64,000 bases of DNA from NCBI RefSeq assembly GCF_009914755.1, contig NC_060930.1; one strand, 5' to 3'. Position 1 is the stretch's first letter; the number at the start of each line of letters is the position of its first letter. The notes beneath the pieces are model-generated. The model had not been told where the DNA came from. It did no database searches and saw nothing but the letters and a program-made list of their open reading frames with translations. Made by a program: the position numbers and the translations under genes. Of the stretch, positions 41,210 through 54,905 are shown in pieces. The stretch comes from the human T2T-CHM13v2.0 reference genome, Homo sapiens.

Positions 41210-41730
41210 CAGTAGGGGACATCTGTCGTTTCTGCCAGTCAGCCCCCATACTCCAAATAAGCCTTGGGGAACAACCCGGCCTCTATTCTCCACACATGTA
41301 TTTGGGCAGGATTAACCCCGCTGCCAGTTCCAATAATGGGTCCTGATTGGCCTAGACCAACTGGCATATCCCATTCCCCTAAAAGTGATTGGCAACAGGC
41401 ATATGACCTCATCAGAGCCAATGTGACTTTCACTGAGCCTTTGGAACACAGAAAGGACTCTTCCCAGATGGATTTGAAACTTGAAATATGGAGGATAGAA
41501 CTGTTACTGCCACCTTTCCTCCAAATGAAGTCTGAGAAGAATGTTATTGCTTAGAGGAAAACAGAGCTAATAGATGGAAAGATGCCCAGGTCTTGATCAC
41601 CTTAAGCCATGATTAAGCAGTATTTCTGGACCACTTCATTACCTAAGCTAATAAGATAGCTTTTTGGTTTCATCTACTTTAGACTCAGTTCTTTGTCACT
41701 TGCAATCTGGACTAGGTCCTAAGTAATACG
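41210..41730. mobile_element. Old MLT1 LTR
   Basis: ggtcctgattggcctagaccaa...gtgattggc...ctttgtcacttgcaatc. Confidence 0.65.
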
Positions 41731-43447
41731 GTGTATAAGTCCTCTCTTCCTCTTCCATGAACCTGACAACCTTATATAACCCTGACATTTATATGACTGC
41801 AGCAGAACATCCAGAATCCTAATATTATTGGTCTTATTGGTACTTCATACTTACATATGCATAGTGATAGACTTAATTGTTCATATTGGGTGTGCCTTTT
41901 GACCCTAAAATCTCTTTCCTAAAACAATAAATAAATATCACCTTTGTCTTTAAGTACATGAAATTATTTCAAAAAATACAAACAAGAACTAACATAAAAA
42001 ACAAAGATGAGTGTAGGACTGACCCTTCCAAGTCTAAACCTAGAATTTTAGAGAGTCATGACATAGTCTACTAAAATCAGTAAACTTGGCAAAAAATTAA
42101 TTTACATAAAATTCTAAGAACCCACGACTTCAGTTTCATGACAGATTTTAACAAGCTCATCAAAAATTTTATATCCAAATACACACTGCCCCCTATAAAG
42201 GCCATAATGCACTGTAACACTGCTGCCACTGTCCTAAATATTTGGAATTCACAGTCTAGTTGCACATTCATTTGAGTAAATTTTCAATGGTGAAGAACTT
42301 TTATTCTTGAAGTGAGGGTTTGATTTTTTGATATAAAATGTATTCAAAATCTTGTAAATAAGTTTGAATAAGCTGATTAATACCATTTTATTCAAAAATA
42401 ATATAGAATAAGATTCATTTTTATGTGACTTTAAAATGACTTGTGAAAGACTCCAAACATATTTTAGATAATTGTAGTTAAATAAACTTCTCAAGATGGC
42501 TTTTTCAAAGGTAAATAATGCTTGGGTAAACATTTAAGATCTTTTATGCTTTCAAAAAATACCAGTCTCATTACTTTCAGCCTGGTCCATTGAACTTAAA
42601 ATTTTTCCCTTTCAAGATATCAAGTTACAAAATAAACTTATGCAGAATTTGGCCCATAATCAAAGCTATTTATATCTTTAGTCCTTTGGTCATGCATGTT
42701 TTAAGAGTAATTTGAGGCTAAATCTAATGCAATTTCACTAACAATTTCAATTTGTGATTATCCATTAAACAAAAAAATACCACCCTTAGTATTTTCTTCC
42801 TGAATATTTAGATGATATGAAAACTAAAACTAAGCCTAAACATGAATTTTAGGCTTATTTCTGAGAATAGGCTAATTGAGTGAAAATGCAAATGCACACA
42901 CTAAGGCCATGCATTCTGCATGCAAAAAAAGATTGAATATACACTCTGTTTAAAGAAGTTTAATAAACTGACATTAATATATATAATAGATAACTTCATT
43001 TCTGAATGAAAGGAAGCAAGTAATGAAGAAGAAAAGCCAGCTTTCCTTTAAATTGTTCTATGCAACTTCTGCTATACCTGTCAGGTTCAGCCATAAGTAG
43101 AGACTGGCATCTCTACCACAATATACAAGTTTTTAGCTTTGATTTAATGGTGGAATGGAGAGAGAGAAGACAAGTAAGAACATTTCTCAGCAACCCTTCC
43201 AAAACCGCTAAACCTGATTCTACACTCAATCCATGCCAGGTGGACATTCAAAGGCAGTAGATGCAGCAACATTCTGGCAAACAGACTTAACCTCAACAAC
43301 TCAGCCCAAGCATCTCCCGTAAGGAGACACACACTGTTCAGCCCCAAACCTGACCCTGCCCAAAGCCAAGCAAGAATATTGTGTAGTGTATACCTACCAG
43401 TGAAGAATTATCTATCTGACTGTTTGGATTGTTGGTATATTGATTGC

Positions 43448-43951
43448 TTTATTATTATTATTATTATTATCATTATTATTATTATTATACTTTAAGTTCT
43501 GGGGTACATATGAAGAATGTGCAGGTTTGTTACATAAGTATACACATGCCATGGTGGTTTGCTGCACCCATCAACCCGTCATCTACATTAGGTATTCCTC
43601 CTAATGCTATCCCTCCCCTAGCCCCCCACCCCCAACAGGCCCCAGTGTGTGATGTTCCCTTGCCTGTGTCCATGTGTTCTCATTGTTCAACTCCCACTTA
43701 TGAGTGAGAACATGTGGTGTTTGGTTTTCCGTTCTTGTGTTAGTTCGCTGAGAATGATGGTTTCCATCTTCATGCATGTCCCCGCAAAGGACATGAACTC
43801 ATTCTTTTTTATGGCTGCATAGTATTCCATGGCATATATGTGCCACATTTTCTCTATCCAGTCAATCATTGATGGGCATTTGGGTTGGTTCCAAGTCTTT
43901 GCTATTGTGAAGAGTGCCACAATAAACATATGTGTGCATGGGTCTTTATAG
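43448..43951 (-). mobile_element. L1PA7-like 3' end with a (TAA)n tail
   Basis: tatactttaagttctggggtaca...; ORF 43687-44034 contains the ORF2 C-terminus (CTHMFIVALFTIAKTWNQPKCP...SLISGS). Confidence 0.95.
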
Positions 43952-44499
43952 CTTTTTCTAAAATCAGTAACTATTAAAATGATTTTGGGTGGATTGGAAT
44001 CTGCATGCTGAGAAGCCACCAGTGAAAATGCCACATAATTTTATTATAATACTTAAGACAAAAAGATAATAATTTTTTCTTTGGAATTTACCCATATTGA
44101 ATGCCAAATAAATGTGTCAGTAGGATATACATCATTAAATTATGTGAGTCATCGAAAGCTCTTATAAAAAATAAAGAATGAAGACAGTAAACCCCTAGTT
44201 TTATAAAGGAATACAATATTTTTAAAAGTTTTATTTCAACTAATTTTTTACCGTCTTTGATAAGTGGTGTGGTGTCAGTTTGTTTAAAGTACACAAGTAA
44301 TTTGGAAGGAGATCTAGTCTCAGAAATCATATTGGTACATACTTAATGTATCTAAATGTATATTAACATAGTCTATGAAGATAAAAGTAAGAATTTGGCA
44401 TGTCGTGTTTCAAAGATTGGAATGAAAACCTTTTCTTCCCACATTATTTCCTAAAAATTTCAGTCTCAAATTGTTCAACTAGATCCAAATAATTTTAAC

Positions 44500-46390
44500 T
44501 TTTTGACTGAAGTTTTTTAAGCATACTAAAAGTTTAGAAAATAGTAAAAGTCGCTCTTATATCTGTTACCCAGCATCCAAAACTATCAACATGTGAATAT
44601 TTGTTTCATCTATACCCCAGCCCACACACACATTGGATTTTCAAACTGTTTCATTAATAAATACTTGAAAATATGCATGCCTAAGAGATAAGGCCCTGAC
44701 TCTTTTTTTTTTTTTAATACTTTAAGTTCTTGGGTACATGTGCAGAACGTGCAGGTTTGTTACATAGGTACGCATGTGCCATGGTGGTTTGCTGCGCCCA
44801 TCAACCTGTCATCTGCATTAGGTATTTCTCCAAATGCTATCCCTCCCCTAGCACCCCCACCCGCCAACAGGCCCCGGTGTGTGATGTTCCCCTCCCTATG
44901 TCCATGTTTTCTCATTGTTTGACTCCCACTTATGAGTGAGAACACGTGGTGTTTGGTTTTCTGTTCTTGTGTTAGTTTGCTGAGAGTGATGGTTTCCAGC
45001 TTCATCCATGTCCCTGCAAAGGACACGAACTCATCCTTTTCTACAGCTGCATAGTATTCCATGGTGTATATGTGCCACATTTGCTTTATCCAGCCTGACT
45101 CATTTTTTTAAACAGGGATTTGACATGATTGTCACACCTAAAAGAGTAATAACAGCTTCCTAGTATTATCTAATATCTAATTCAAATTCAGATGTCTCTG
45201 TCTCATAAATGTTTTTTGCTTAGTTTGAATCGGAATCTAAATGAGGTTAATACATTGCATTTAGTTGACTTATTCCTTAGACCTCCTGTGATAACACAAT
45301 CTTCCTTGTTCTTCTTTTTACCCTCTCCTTCAACTATTTATTAGTTTAAAAAATAGGGTCACTTTCCCTAGAAAGTTTCACACATCCCAGTTTTGGCTGA
45401 ATACACACCCGCCATGTTGTTAGTACAGTATGTCTGTCTATCCCCTATATTTCCTGATAACTGGCAGGAAGAGCCAGATCCTTAATCAGGTTCAAACTCA
45501 ACTTTTTAGCAAGAATGCTTCATAGAACGTGCAGTGTACGCCCTCCACATCACAACAAGAGATTCATAATAAATGGCTTTCTCTTTTTGTGACTGAAGCT
45601 TGATCTGTGAGCTTGGCTGTTGTCAGGCCTCTCCATTAGTTATAGTTTTCCATGAGTCTTCAACCTAAACTTTACAGCAGCCATTGATAATCGTTGCCTA
45701 GATCCATTACTTCCAGTCATTTTTAAATTAATATATGTATAGCATTTGATATCTTAGAACATACGTTCACATCCATTATCTCACTAGGTGTCTCATTTAA
45801 TTATACTAGGCCTCTGTTCCAATAGCTACAACACAGAAATTATATTATTGACTTGCTCTATTTCAGCAAAGTTTTAAGACATTATAGAAATGTTTTCTTA
45901 AGGTAACTTATTTTTTTCAACGGCACCGCAAACTTCATTTACATCTCCTTAAGTTTATTTTTAGCATTCCCTATTTGCATGTTTACATTTTAATATTTTT
46001 AATTAAGACTTTAAACTTTGTATTGAAGTATAACTTTGAAATAGAAAAAGGCATAAATCCTAAGTGCATAGGGCAATGACTTTTTCCCATATAAATACAT
46101 CTGTGTAACCACCACGCAGAAACAGAGAGAGAACATCTCCAGGATCCTAGAAAACTCCCAGACAAAACTACCCAAATGTAAACACTAATATAATCTCCAC
46201 TACCACAAATTAATTTTGCCTGTTTTTGAGCATCATATAAATAGAGTCAAACAGTGGATACTCTTTTGTGTCTTGCTTTTTGTTTGATGTTATAATTGGA
46301 GGTTCATCCATGTTTTCACTTGCAGAAGTAGGTTTTTTCATTGCCATGCAGTACTCCAGTCTGTGCATATACCACAATTTATATATTCAT
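44500..46390 (-). mobile_element. Old L1M (ME/MC-like) 3' fragments
   Basis: Antisense L1M 3'UTR motifs (tacattgcatttagttg; ttttgcctgtttttgagcatcatataaatagagtc). Fragmented. Confidence 0.6.
44703..45093 (-). mobile_element. L1PA7-like 3' end nested in an older L1M, with TSD cctgactc(a)ttttttt
   Basis: T-run followed by the L1PA 3'UTR; cctgactc at ~44695 and ~45094. Confidence 0.95.
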
Positions 46391-47489
46391 ACAGTAGCTT
46401 AATTTTCACTTTACAAAATTAAGTAAACTACTATTAATACCTGCTTCGTGTCCTCTTAGACTTTCACTTTCTAGTTTAGTTGCCTATTTTTTAATCTACA
46501 CTAGCTGTCACTCTTTCTGGACTTGTGAAATATATTATTTGAAAATAAAATGAAGTGGTAGAATTTGTTGAAACTGAATATCAGTGGTAAAAGATAATTA
46601 TCCTGTCTTTTAACTGACTAGTCCACTACTTGGGAAAAACTTACTTACATAGGTATAAAATTTAACAGGCTTAAGATATTGGCTATGAACTTACCATGTA
46701 ATTCTTTCATTTCTTTGCCCACAAACATTCTCATCTATAAAATTAGTGAAATGAAATGGTGTTACTTTCAAAAAAACCCCAATAATAGGTATAAAATTTA
46801 AAGATTCAATTATACAATATTACAAGAAAAAGTTTAATGTGACATTAAGACTAGCTAGGTATTTCAAGTATCAAATATTACCTCATTTATTCACCAGATT
46901 AATAGTCATTGAGAACCTGCTCAGCCAGGTGCTAAAAGGGAGTGGTGGTAATGTATAAATAATAATGGAGCACTTAGAATATACTGTACTAATTTTAGCT
47001 GCATCATTTCATTCAATCTGCAACTATGAAACTGATGCTACTATTAAACCCATTTTACATGTGAGGCGCAAAAAGACTAAGAAATTTGTTCAAGGTCTCA
47101 TGACTAGCTATGAAATTTGTAATATGCTGTAAGAATGACTGGCAGATTAAACTCAGTGTGAATAATATTAATCTAAAATTGTTGTGAAAAGTGTCACTAT
47201 GATCATTAGTAATATACACAAAACATTCATAAGGATGTGGATTGCAGTATGATACAAAAAAATGGAAATTACCCATATATCTAATAATAGCATTATTAAT
47301 AAACTTTGGAAAACCCACAGGATAGAAGAGAAGTCTCTGACAGCTGTATTTTTAAGAGTATTTAACAAATGATAAAATGATTGTAGTGTATCCTTAAGTG
47401 AAAAAAATAAAGCAGGCCATAAAAGAAAAAATATGTACACTATAATACTGATTCTGATAAAGTGGTGTGGGTATGTGCGTGTTTATGGG

Positions 47490-48095
47490 TGTGTGGTAGG
47501 CATTTGCTGCTTTACACTACCCAATAGCCATCCCCCATCCCTCTTGATAACATTCCCCAACTTTCATCAGGTACCCAAGCGTTCCCTATGGGTTTATGTG
47601 CTCAGCAAGAAGTTGCTTCCTCACCCAGGTCCTAGGGTAAGCCTTATTTGGCCTGACAAGTCCCCACACTCGCTATTGGATCAGGGATGGGCACACAATC
47701 CAATTCAGACCAAGGAGATGCAAGATTTTTCAGGGAGCTTCTGGGAAGGAAAGAAAATAACTTCATAGCTCTTCAGAAAAAGCAACTAAAAGAGCCATCC
47801 TGCCTTCTGGTTAGCAGAGTATAAGAACATGCCACCTGGAACTACTACAGTCATTTCTGCTGTCATGAGAAAGCCAGCCTGAGGCCAATGCCAGTGCAAA
47901 GAGGAGACAAAGCTGAGAGAATCACAGAGAAGCAAAGCCAGAGTCCTGCTGTAGTCATGAACCCCTGGATTAAACCATGTCTACAGCTAGAGAGAGACCT
48001 TGCCCTGCTTGGTTCCACAAGCCAATAAATTCCTTTTTCTCCTTAAACCAGTGTGAGTGAGAGTTGTTACAACCTAGAGAATCTCAATTGTACAA
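47490..48095. mobile_element. Old MLT1 LTR
   Basis: gccaataaattcctttttctccttaaaccagt...gttacaacctagagaatc. Confidence 0.65.
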
Positions 48096-48421
48096 ACTGT
48101 GCATACAAAAAGATTGGAAATGCTTGGTATTTTTGTTATGCTTTTCTCTATTTTGCATATTTTCTACAATACACATGGCATGTTATCATCAGTAAGAACA
48201 ATAAATACTATTTTAAATAGTCCATTCAAATGCTCCACGTTGAATATATTTCTTGATTATTTATATCTGAGCTCACCAAGCAATTAAAAAATCAGTCTGC
48301 TTCGCAGAACCTTAACATTTGAAATAATGATAATAATAGCACGCATTTATGTAAGACCTGATTGTTTTCAAAGCACTTTCACATTTGATAATTTGAGCAA
48401 ATCTATGAATTAGGTAAGAGA

Positions 48422-48829
48422 GTGTGGCAGAGAACGCTTTGAGTTCACAAAAGCTCATTTTCTTGTACTCCTGGGCACAAAAATACACGATGTTTCCCAG
48501 CCTCCCTAGCAGTTGGCTAAGCTATGACCAAGTTCAGCCTAATGGACTATGAGCGAAATGAGGTGCACTGGTGCTAGGTCCAGCCTATAAAAAAAAAAAA
48601 ACCTCCCATGAATGAATGACTTTCTCTCTCTCCCTCTCTCTCCCCATGTCTGCCAGTGAACTTATAAAGCCACAAGGTCTTAGAACTTAATAAAGCCACA
48701 AGATGGCCCTAAAACTTAGAAAAGCCATAAGATGGGAAACGCTTGGATCCCTAATTAACTAAGTAGAAGGCTGTGTGATAACCAGGAGCATCTGTGTTTG
48801 AGTCTGCAAGAAATGAGATGTTACTAAGC
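48422..48829. mobile_element. MLT1 LTR (G/H-like) containing a 3x ~30-bp tandem repeat
   Basis: tttcccagcctccctagcagttggctaagctatgaccaagttcagcctaatgga; taaagccacaag repeated at 48660-48735. Confidence 0.65.
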
Positions 48830-48863
48830 TGTATTAGAGTTCTCCAGAAAAACAGACCAAATA

Positions 48864-48906
<43 letters not shown>

Positions 48907-49332
48907 TGTGTCTGTGCGTCTGCGTTTAGAGGGAGGAAGAGAGAGAGAGAGAGAGATTTATTATAGGTTTCGCAAGTCCAAAATCTGCAGGATGGTCCAG
49001 CAGGCTGGAGACTCAGGGAAGAGTTGCAGTTAGAGCCCAAAGGCTGTCTGTTGGCAGAATCCCCCTTTCCTCCTCCAGGAGGCCAGTCTTTTTTCTATTA
49101 AAATCATCAACTGAATGAATGAGTTCCTCCTACATTATGGAAGGTAATCTGCTTTGCTCAAAGTCTACTAATTTAAATGTTAATCTCATTAACATTCACA
49201 GAAACATCTAGAATAATATTTGATTGTGTGTTATTTATACTTTGGCCTTCACATAAACATCTGTAGTAATATTTGACTAAATATGTGGGTACCATAGCCT
49301 AGCTGAGTTGACACATAAAGTTAACTATCACG
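48830..49332 (-). mobile_element. MLT2 (ERVL) LTR with an internal (TG)n/(AG)n
   Basis: tgtattagagttctccagaaaaacagacc...gagttgacacataaagttaactatcac. Confidence 0.88.
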
Positions 49333-49692
49333 TAAGCCAGTGGGCACCACTTGCTGAGCTTGAGTGCAACTTCTGCAGAAGAATCTGGGTGCCAGGCTCT
49401 TGTGATGAATCCCATTCAATGTCCATTTTCACAGTCATCTCACTTAGTCAAGAATGTGTCCCACACTCCCAATCCCCTGGAAGAATGACAAGGACAGTCT
49501 TTTGATCCTCCTTACCGGATTTTCTACCATCATACATAGGTTTTCTGCTTTAGAGAGTTTTTCCTTGACTTTATGTGGTAAAACCACTCTATTTTCTCAG
49601 TTCACTTTTCTTCAAAATAGGATATTAGGGAGAATTGTCACATTTGTTTTTCTTGCTTCCTCCTTCCCTTCCTTCCTTTCTTTCTTCCTTCC

Positions 49693-49995
49693 TTTTTTTT
49701 TTTTTTTTTTTTGAGACAGGGACTTGCTCTTTCACAGAGGCTAGAGTGCATTGGTGTGATCACAAGTCACTGCTGCTTTGACCTCTGGGGCTCAAATGAT
49801 CCTCCCTACTCAGCCTCCCAAGTAGCCAGTTAGGCAAGTGCATGCCACCATGCCTAACTAATTTTTTTTGTTGTTGTAGAGAAAGGGTCTTGCTACGTTG
49901 CGCAGGCTGGTCTCGAACACCTGCATGCAAGAGATCCTCCCTCCTCAGCCTCCCAAAGCACTGGGATTACAGGGTTTGAGCAATCACGCCTGGCC
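49693..49995 (-). mobile_element. AluJ
   Basis: T20 tail, then gagacaggg...gggctcaaatgatcctcc...cacgcctggcc. Confidence 0.93.
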
Positions 49996-50289
49996 TGTCT
50001 TGTTTTTTAGTCATCTTCTTTCCTCCGTACTGCTTCTTGAAGACTAGAAGCAAAATAAGGAGTAACACCTCTCTATACACCAGAATCTTCCATTTTTTTC
50101 TTTCATCACTACTGTTTGAAGCTTATTAATAAAAAATAAACCCTTTTGTTTACTTGACTGCTGTTGGGAATTTAAGGCCAGACCCTTTACATTTTTTGTC
50201 CAAACATTAGGAGGGATACTCTGTGATCCTTCTCCACTCTGCCTTTTATATCCCTAGCATCAAACTGATTATATGCAAAGGAAACTCTT

Positions 50290-50757
50290 CACTATGGTTT
50301 CTACATGGTTTGTTTGTCCCCACTGAAACGCATGTTGAAATTTGATCCTCAGTGCAGCAGTGTTTGCAGGTGGGGCCTGATTGGAGGAGTTTGTGTCATG
50401 AGGGTGCTGGTCTCCTGGGTAGCTTGGTGCTGTTCTGCAGGTAGTGAGTGAGTTCCTGCTCCAGCAAGACTAGATTAGTTCCCACGAGAATGGGTTACTT
50501 CCCATAATAGTGGGTTTCCATAAAGTTGGGATGCCCCTCAGGTTTTGCCTCTTCACACATGTCCACTTCCTCTTTGACCTCTCACCATATTCTGACCCTT
50601 CACTGTAGTTTGACTCAGCACAAAAGCTGAGTAGATGTTGGCACCATAGCCCTGGTGCTTCCCAGCTTGCAAAATCATGAGCCAAATAAACCTCTCCTCT
50701 GTACAAATTACCTAGGCTCAGATATTCAGTTACAGCAACACAAAACAGACTAAGACT
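50290..50757 (+). mobile_element. MSTB-like MaLR LTR
   Basis: ctatggtt...atggtttgtttgtccccactgaaacgcatgttgaaatttgatcc...cagcaacacaaaacagactaagac. Confidence 0.88.
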
Positions 50758-52466
50758 CTCCCCTACAAAAATGTGTTCAAAGAAATGTTCTGTATTGCAA
50801 AGCAGATTCACAATCTAATCTCCAATAAGAGTTTGGGCAGAAGATGATCAAATTTAGTGCCAGGGGCCATATACAAAGTCTTTCTAAGCCTAGAAGAAAT
50901 TCTGAAAATTTCATCATTTAAATTTGATTTTTATTTCAATATATCTCCCTGATGACTACATTAAACCACCTCTCTGTACCACATGATGACACAATTGCTA
51001 TTTAGAATGCTAAATACAATTTGATTAAAATTACAAGACTCGGGTAAGTTCCAAAAGAGCTATGTATTTGCTAAAAGGCCATTGATTTATATTGAAACTC
51101 AATGAAAATAATGTTATTTTTAGACAAGGGAGTAATATTGCCCTTAACTTACCTGTTTCTGTCTATCATTGCACAGTGCCTTATGTTAACTATTCCCTAT
51201 AATAGCAGAAGCATGGGCCTGACGACCTCTCAAGGTCACCTCAAGCCTTTTGATTATATGAATTGTGTGCTGAAAATTACATGCTAAAATATCTACACAA
51301 AAGCTGTTATTTTCTTTCTACAACTGTCATCTTTAATGCTACCTTGGGTTTTATATTTAAGATGTATACTCATGTTTACTTGTTTCTAAAATGGTTTAAA
51401 AACTGTTACAGGCCATTCTCAACTTTCAATAGCAATTGAGGTAGATTTCACACAAGGTTAAACAAAACTGACTATGAATGTTGCATTTTGTATATGTGGT
51501 TATAGCTCTCCTTTGTTTTATTCTCTGTAAGCCAGAGAATCAAAGATAGCCATATCACACCCATTTTTTAAATTGTTATTTTTATATCTTTTCATAAGAT
51601 ACTAACACCATCATAAATTTCCTATAAAGCTAAAATCATCATAGTTTAATTTATTAAAACAGATTTTATCACATAATTTAGGTTACTATAATTAAGCTTT
51701 TGTAATAGTTACTCCTTTATCTACATGAAGTAGCCACCACAATTTTGAAAGTAAATATTTCACCAGCTGACACTCATTGAGTAATAACTGCCAGTTTTTG
51801 AGGCTCCAAATTGGCAAAATAAAATCAACATAGTTGACATGCTGATTCTAGTTATTCATTACTTTCATGTGCCCAGAATTTTGTGCCCAAAATTCTAGTT
51901 TATGATGTAAAGCTCAACTAAACTTTTAGAAGATCTCCTCATAAACACTGAGACCTTCTTTTTATACATATTTCTTTTCTCTGTTAGACAATAATTTACC
52001 CTTGATGAAACACTGAATATAGACATATCTCATTTTATTGTGTCACTTTATTGTACTCATAGATATTGCATTTTTTATAAATTGAAGACTTGTGGCAATC
52101 CTGGGTATAGCAAGTCTAGAGATAACATTTTTCCAATAGCATTGGCACATATTTATGTGTCTGTGTCACATTTTGGTAATTCTAACAATATTCTAACAAT
52201 TCTAACAATATAAAAAGAAAAACTTTTTCTCCATTATTGTGTCTCTTATGGTGATCTGTAAACTCTGTTATTTGATCTTACTATTACAATTGTTTTGGGG
52301 CCCCATGAACCACACTTACATAAGATGGCAAACTCAACCAACAAATGTTGTGTGTTTTCTGACTCTTCCATCAAACAGCCACTCCTCCATCTTTCTCCCT
52401 CTTCTTGGGCCTCTCTGTTACCTGAGACACAACAATATTGAAATTAGGCCAATTAATAACCCTACA

Positions 52467-53819
52467 ATGACCTCTAAGTGCTCAAGTGAAAAGAAGAGTC
52501 ACAAATATCTCACTTTAAGTCAAAAGCTGGAAATGATAAAGCTTAGTGAGGAAACCATGTTGAAAGCCAACATGGGCTGAAAGCTAGGCCTCTTGCACCA
52601 AAGGGTTAGCCAAGTTGTAAATGCAAAGGAAAAGTTCTTGAAGGAAATCAAAAGTGCTACTCCAGTGAACACATGAATAATAAGAATGTGAAATAGCCTT
52701 ATTGCTGATGTGGAGAAAGTTTTGATGGTCTGAATAGAAGATCAAACCAGCTACAACATTCCCTGAAACCAAGCCTAATTCAGAGCAAGGCCCTAACCCT
52801 CTTCAATTTTATGAAGGCAGAAGGAAATGAGGAAGCTGCCGAAGAAAAGTTGGAAACTAGCAGAGATTGGTCCATGAGGTTTAAGGAAAGAAGCCATCAC
52901 TATAACATAAAAGAGCAAGGTGAAACAGTAAGTACTGATGTAGAAGCTGCAGCAAATCATCCAGAAGATCCATCTAAGATCATTAATAAAGGTGGCTACA
53001 CTAAACAACAGATTTTCAAAGCAGACAAAACAGCCTCTATGGAAAGGAAATGCCATCTAGGACTTCATAGCTAGAGAGGAGAAGTCAATGCCTGGCTTCA
53101 AAGCTTCAAAGGACATACTCACTCTCTTGTTAGGGGCTAATGCAGCTGATGACTTGAGCTTGAAACCAATGCTCATTTACCATTCCAAAAATCCTGGGGC
53201 ACTTTAGAATTATGCTAAATCTACTCTGTTTGTGCCCTATAAATGAAAAACAAGGCCTGGATGACAGAAAATCTATTTACAGCAGGGTTTGCTGAATATT
53301 TAAAGCTCAGTGTTGAGATCCACTGCTCAGAAATAAAGATTCCTTTCACAATATTGCTGCTCACTGTCAATGCACCTGGCCACCCAAGAGCTCTGATAGA
53401 AATTTACCAAGATATTAATGCTGTTTTCATTACTCCTAACACAATATTCATTATGTAGCCCATGGATAAAGGAGTAATTTTGAATTTCAAGTCTTATTAT
53501 CAAGAAATACATTTCATAAGACTATAGTTCCCACAGATAGTGATTCTTCTGATGGATCTGGGAAACATAAGTTGAAAACCTTATGGAAAGTATTCTAGAT
53601 GCCATTAAGAACATTCATGATTCATGGGAGAAGGTCAAAATATCAGTGTTAACAGAAGTATGGAAAAAATTGATTCCAGCCCTTATGGATGACTTTGAAG
53701 GGTTCAAGTCTTCAGTGGAGGAAACAACTGCAGATGTGGTAGAAATAGCAAAAGAACCAGAATTAGAAGTGAAGCCTAAAGATGTAACAGAATTGCTGTA
53801 ATCTCATGATCAAATGTGA
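52467..53819 (+). pseudogene. Decayed Tigger1 (pogo/CENP-B-like DDE) transposase ORF with multiple stops and frameshifts
   Basis: MTSKCSSEKKSHKYLTLSQKLEMIKLSEE*, ...LLLTVNAPGHPRAL..., [16 protein letters not shown]. Confidence 0.9.
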
Positions 53820-54246
53820 ATGAATGAGGAGTTGCTTCTTATGGATGGGCCAAAAAAAAGGTAATTTCTTGAGATGGAACCTACACCTGGTGAAGAAGCT
53901 GTGAACATTATTGAAATATCAACAAAGTATTTAGAATATTACATAAACTTAGTTGATAAAGCAGTGGCAGGGTTTGAGACAATTGACTCCAATTTTGAGA
54001 AAAATTCTATTATGGGCAAAATGCTATCAAACAGCAGTGCATGCTAAAGAGAAATCTTTCCTGAAGAGAAGAGTTCATCAATGCAGCAAACTTTATTGTC
54101 ATACTTTAGAAAATTGCCACCACCACCCCAACCTTCAGGAACCACCACCTTGATCAGTCAGCAGCCATCAACATCAATGCAAGACCTTTCACTGAAGGGT
54201 CAGATAAGCATTAGCATTTTCATCAATAAAGGTTTTTTAAATTATC

Positions 54247-54399
54247 TTTTTAGGGACAAGGTCTTGCTCTTTCGCTTAGGCTGGAGTGCCATGGTGTGAT
54301 CATAGCTTGCTGCAGCCTCAAACTCTTGGGCTCAGGGGATCTTTCCTCCTCGACCTACTGAGTAGTGGGAACTTCAGGTCCACACTATTATATCTAGTT
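54247..54399 (-). mobile_element. FRAM nested in Tigger1, with a degenerate TSD caataaa..ttttt
   Basis: Single right monomer; caataaaggtttttt at 54224-54238 versus caataaaacattttt at 54401-54415. Confidence 0.82.
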
Positions 54400-54490
54400 G
54401 CAATAAAACATTTTTAAGGTATGTACATTTTCTTTTAGACATAATGCTATTGCACGCTTAATAGACCACAGTGCAGTATAAAAATAACAC

Positions 54491-54782
54491 TTTTTTTGAG
54501 ACAAGGTTTCACTCTGTCACCCAGGCTGGAATGCAGTGGTGCGATAGTGGCTCACTGGACCCTTGACCTCCTAGGCTCAAGCAATTCCCCCACCTCAGCC
54601 TCTTGAATAGCTGGGACCACAAGCACATGCCACCACATGCAGGTAATTTTTTGTTATTTTTGATAGAGATGCGGTCTTACTGTATGAGAACCCAACTTCT
54701 AGGTTCCAGCAATCCCCTCCAACCCCCTACTTCATCTCGGAATCCCAAAGTGCTGGGATTACAGGCATGACCACACCTGGCC
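54491..54782 (-). mobile_element. AluJ nested in Tigger1
   Basis: tttttttgagacaaggtttcactctgtcacccaggctgg...cacacctggcc. Confidence 0.9.
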
Positions 54783-54905
54783 ACGTAAACATAACTTTCA
54801 TATGCACTGGAAACCAAAAACTTTTCATGACTCACTTTATTGTGATATTCACTTGATTGCAGTGATCTGGAACTGAACCTGCAATATCTGCTTTTTATGC
54901 CTATA

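Larger units (their letters stand above)
52020..54903 (+). mobile_element. Near full-length Tigger1 with two nested Alu elements
   Basis: 5' end tagacatatctcattttattg, 3' end gaactgaacctgcaatatct...tatgccta, with a decayed transposase in between. Confidence 0.96.

Noticed and set aside
52239-54299. Tigger ORFs as a domesticated TIGD-type gene
   Set aside because: Multiple stops and frameshifts; this is an ordinary decayed Tigger1.
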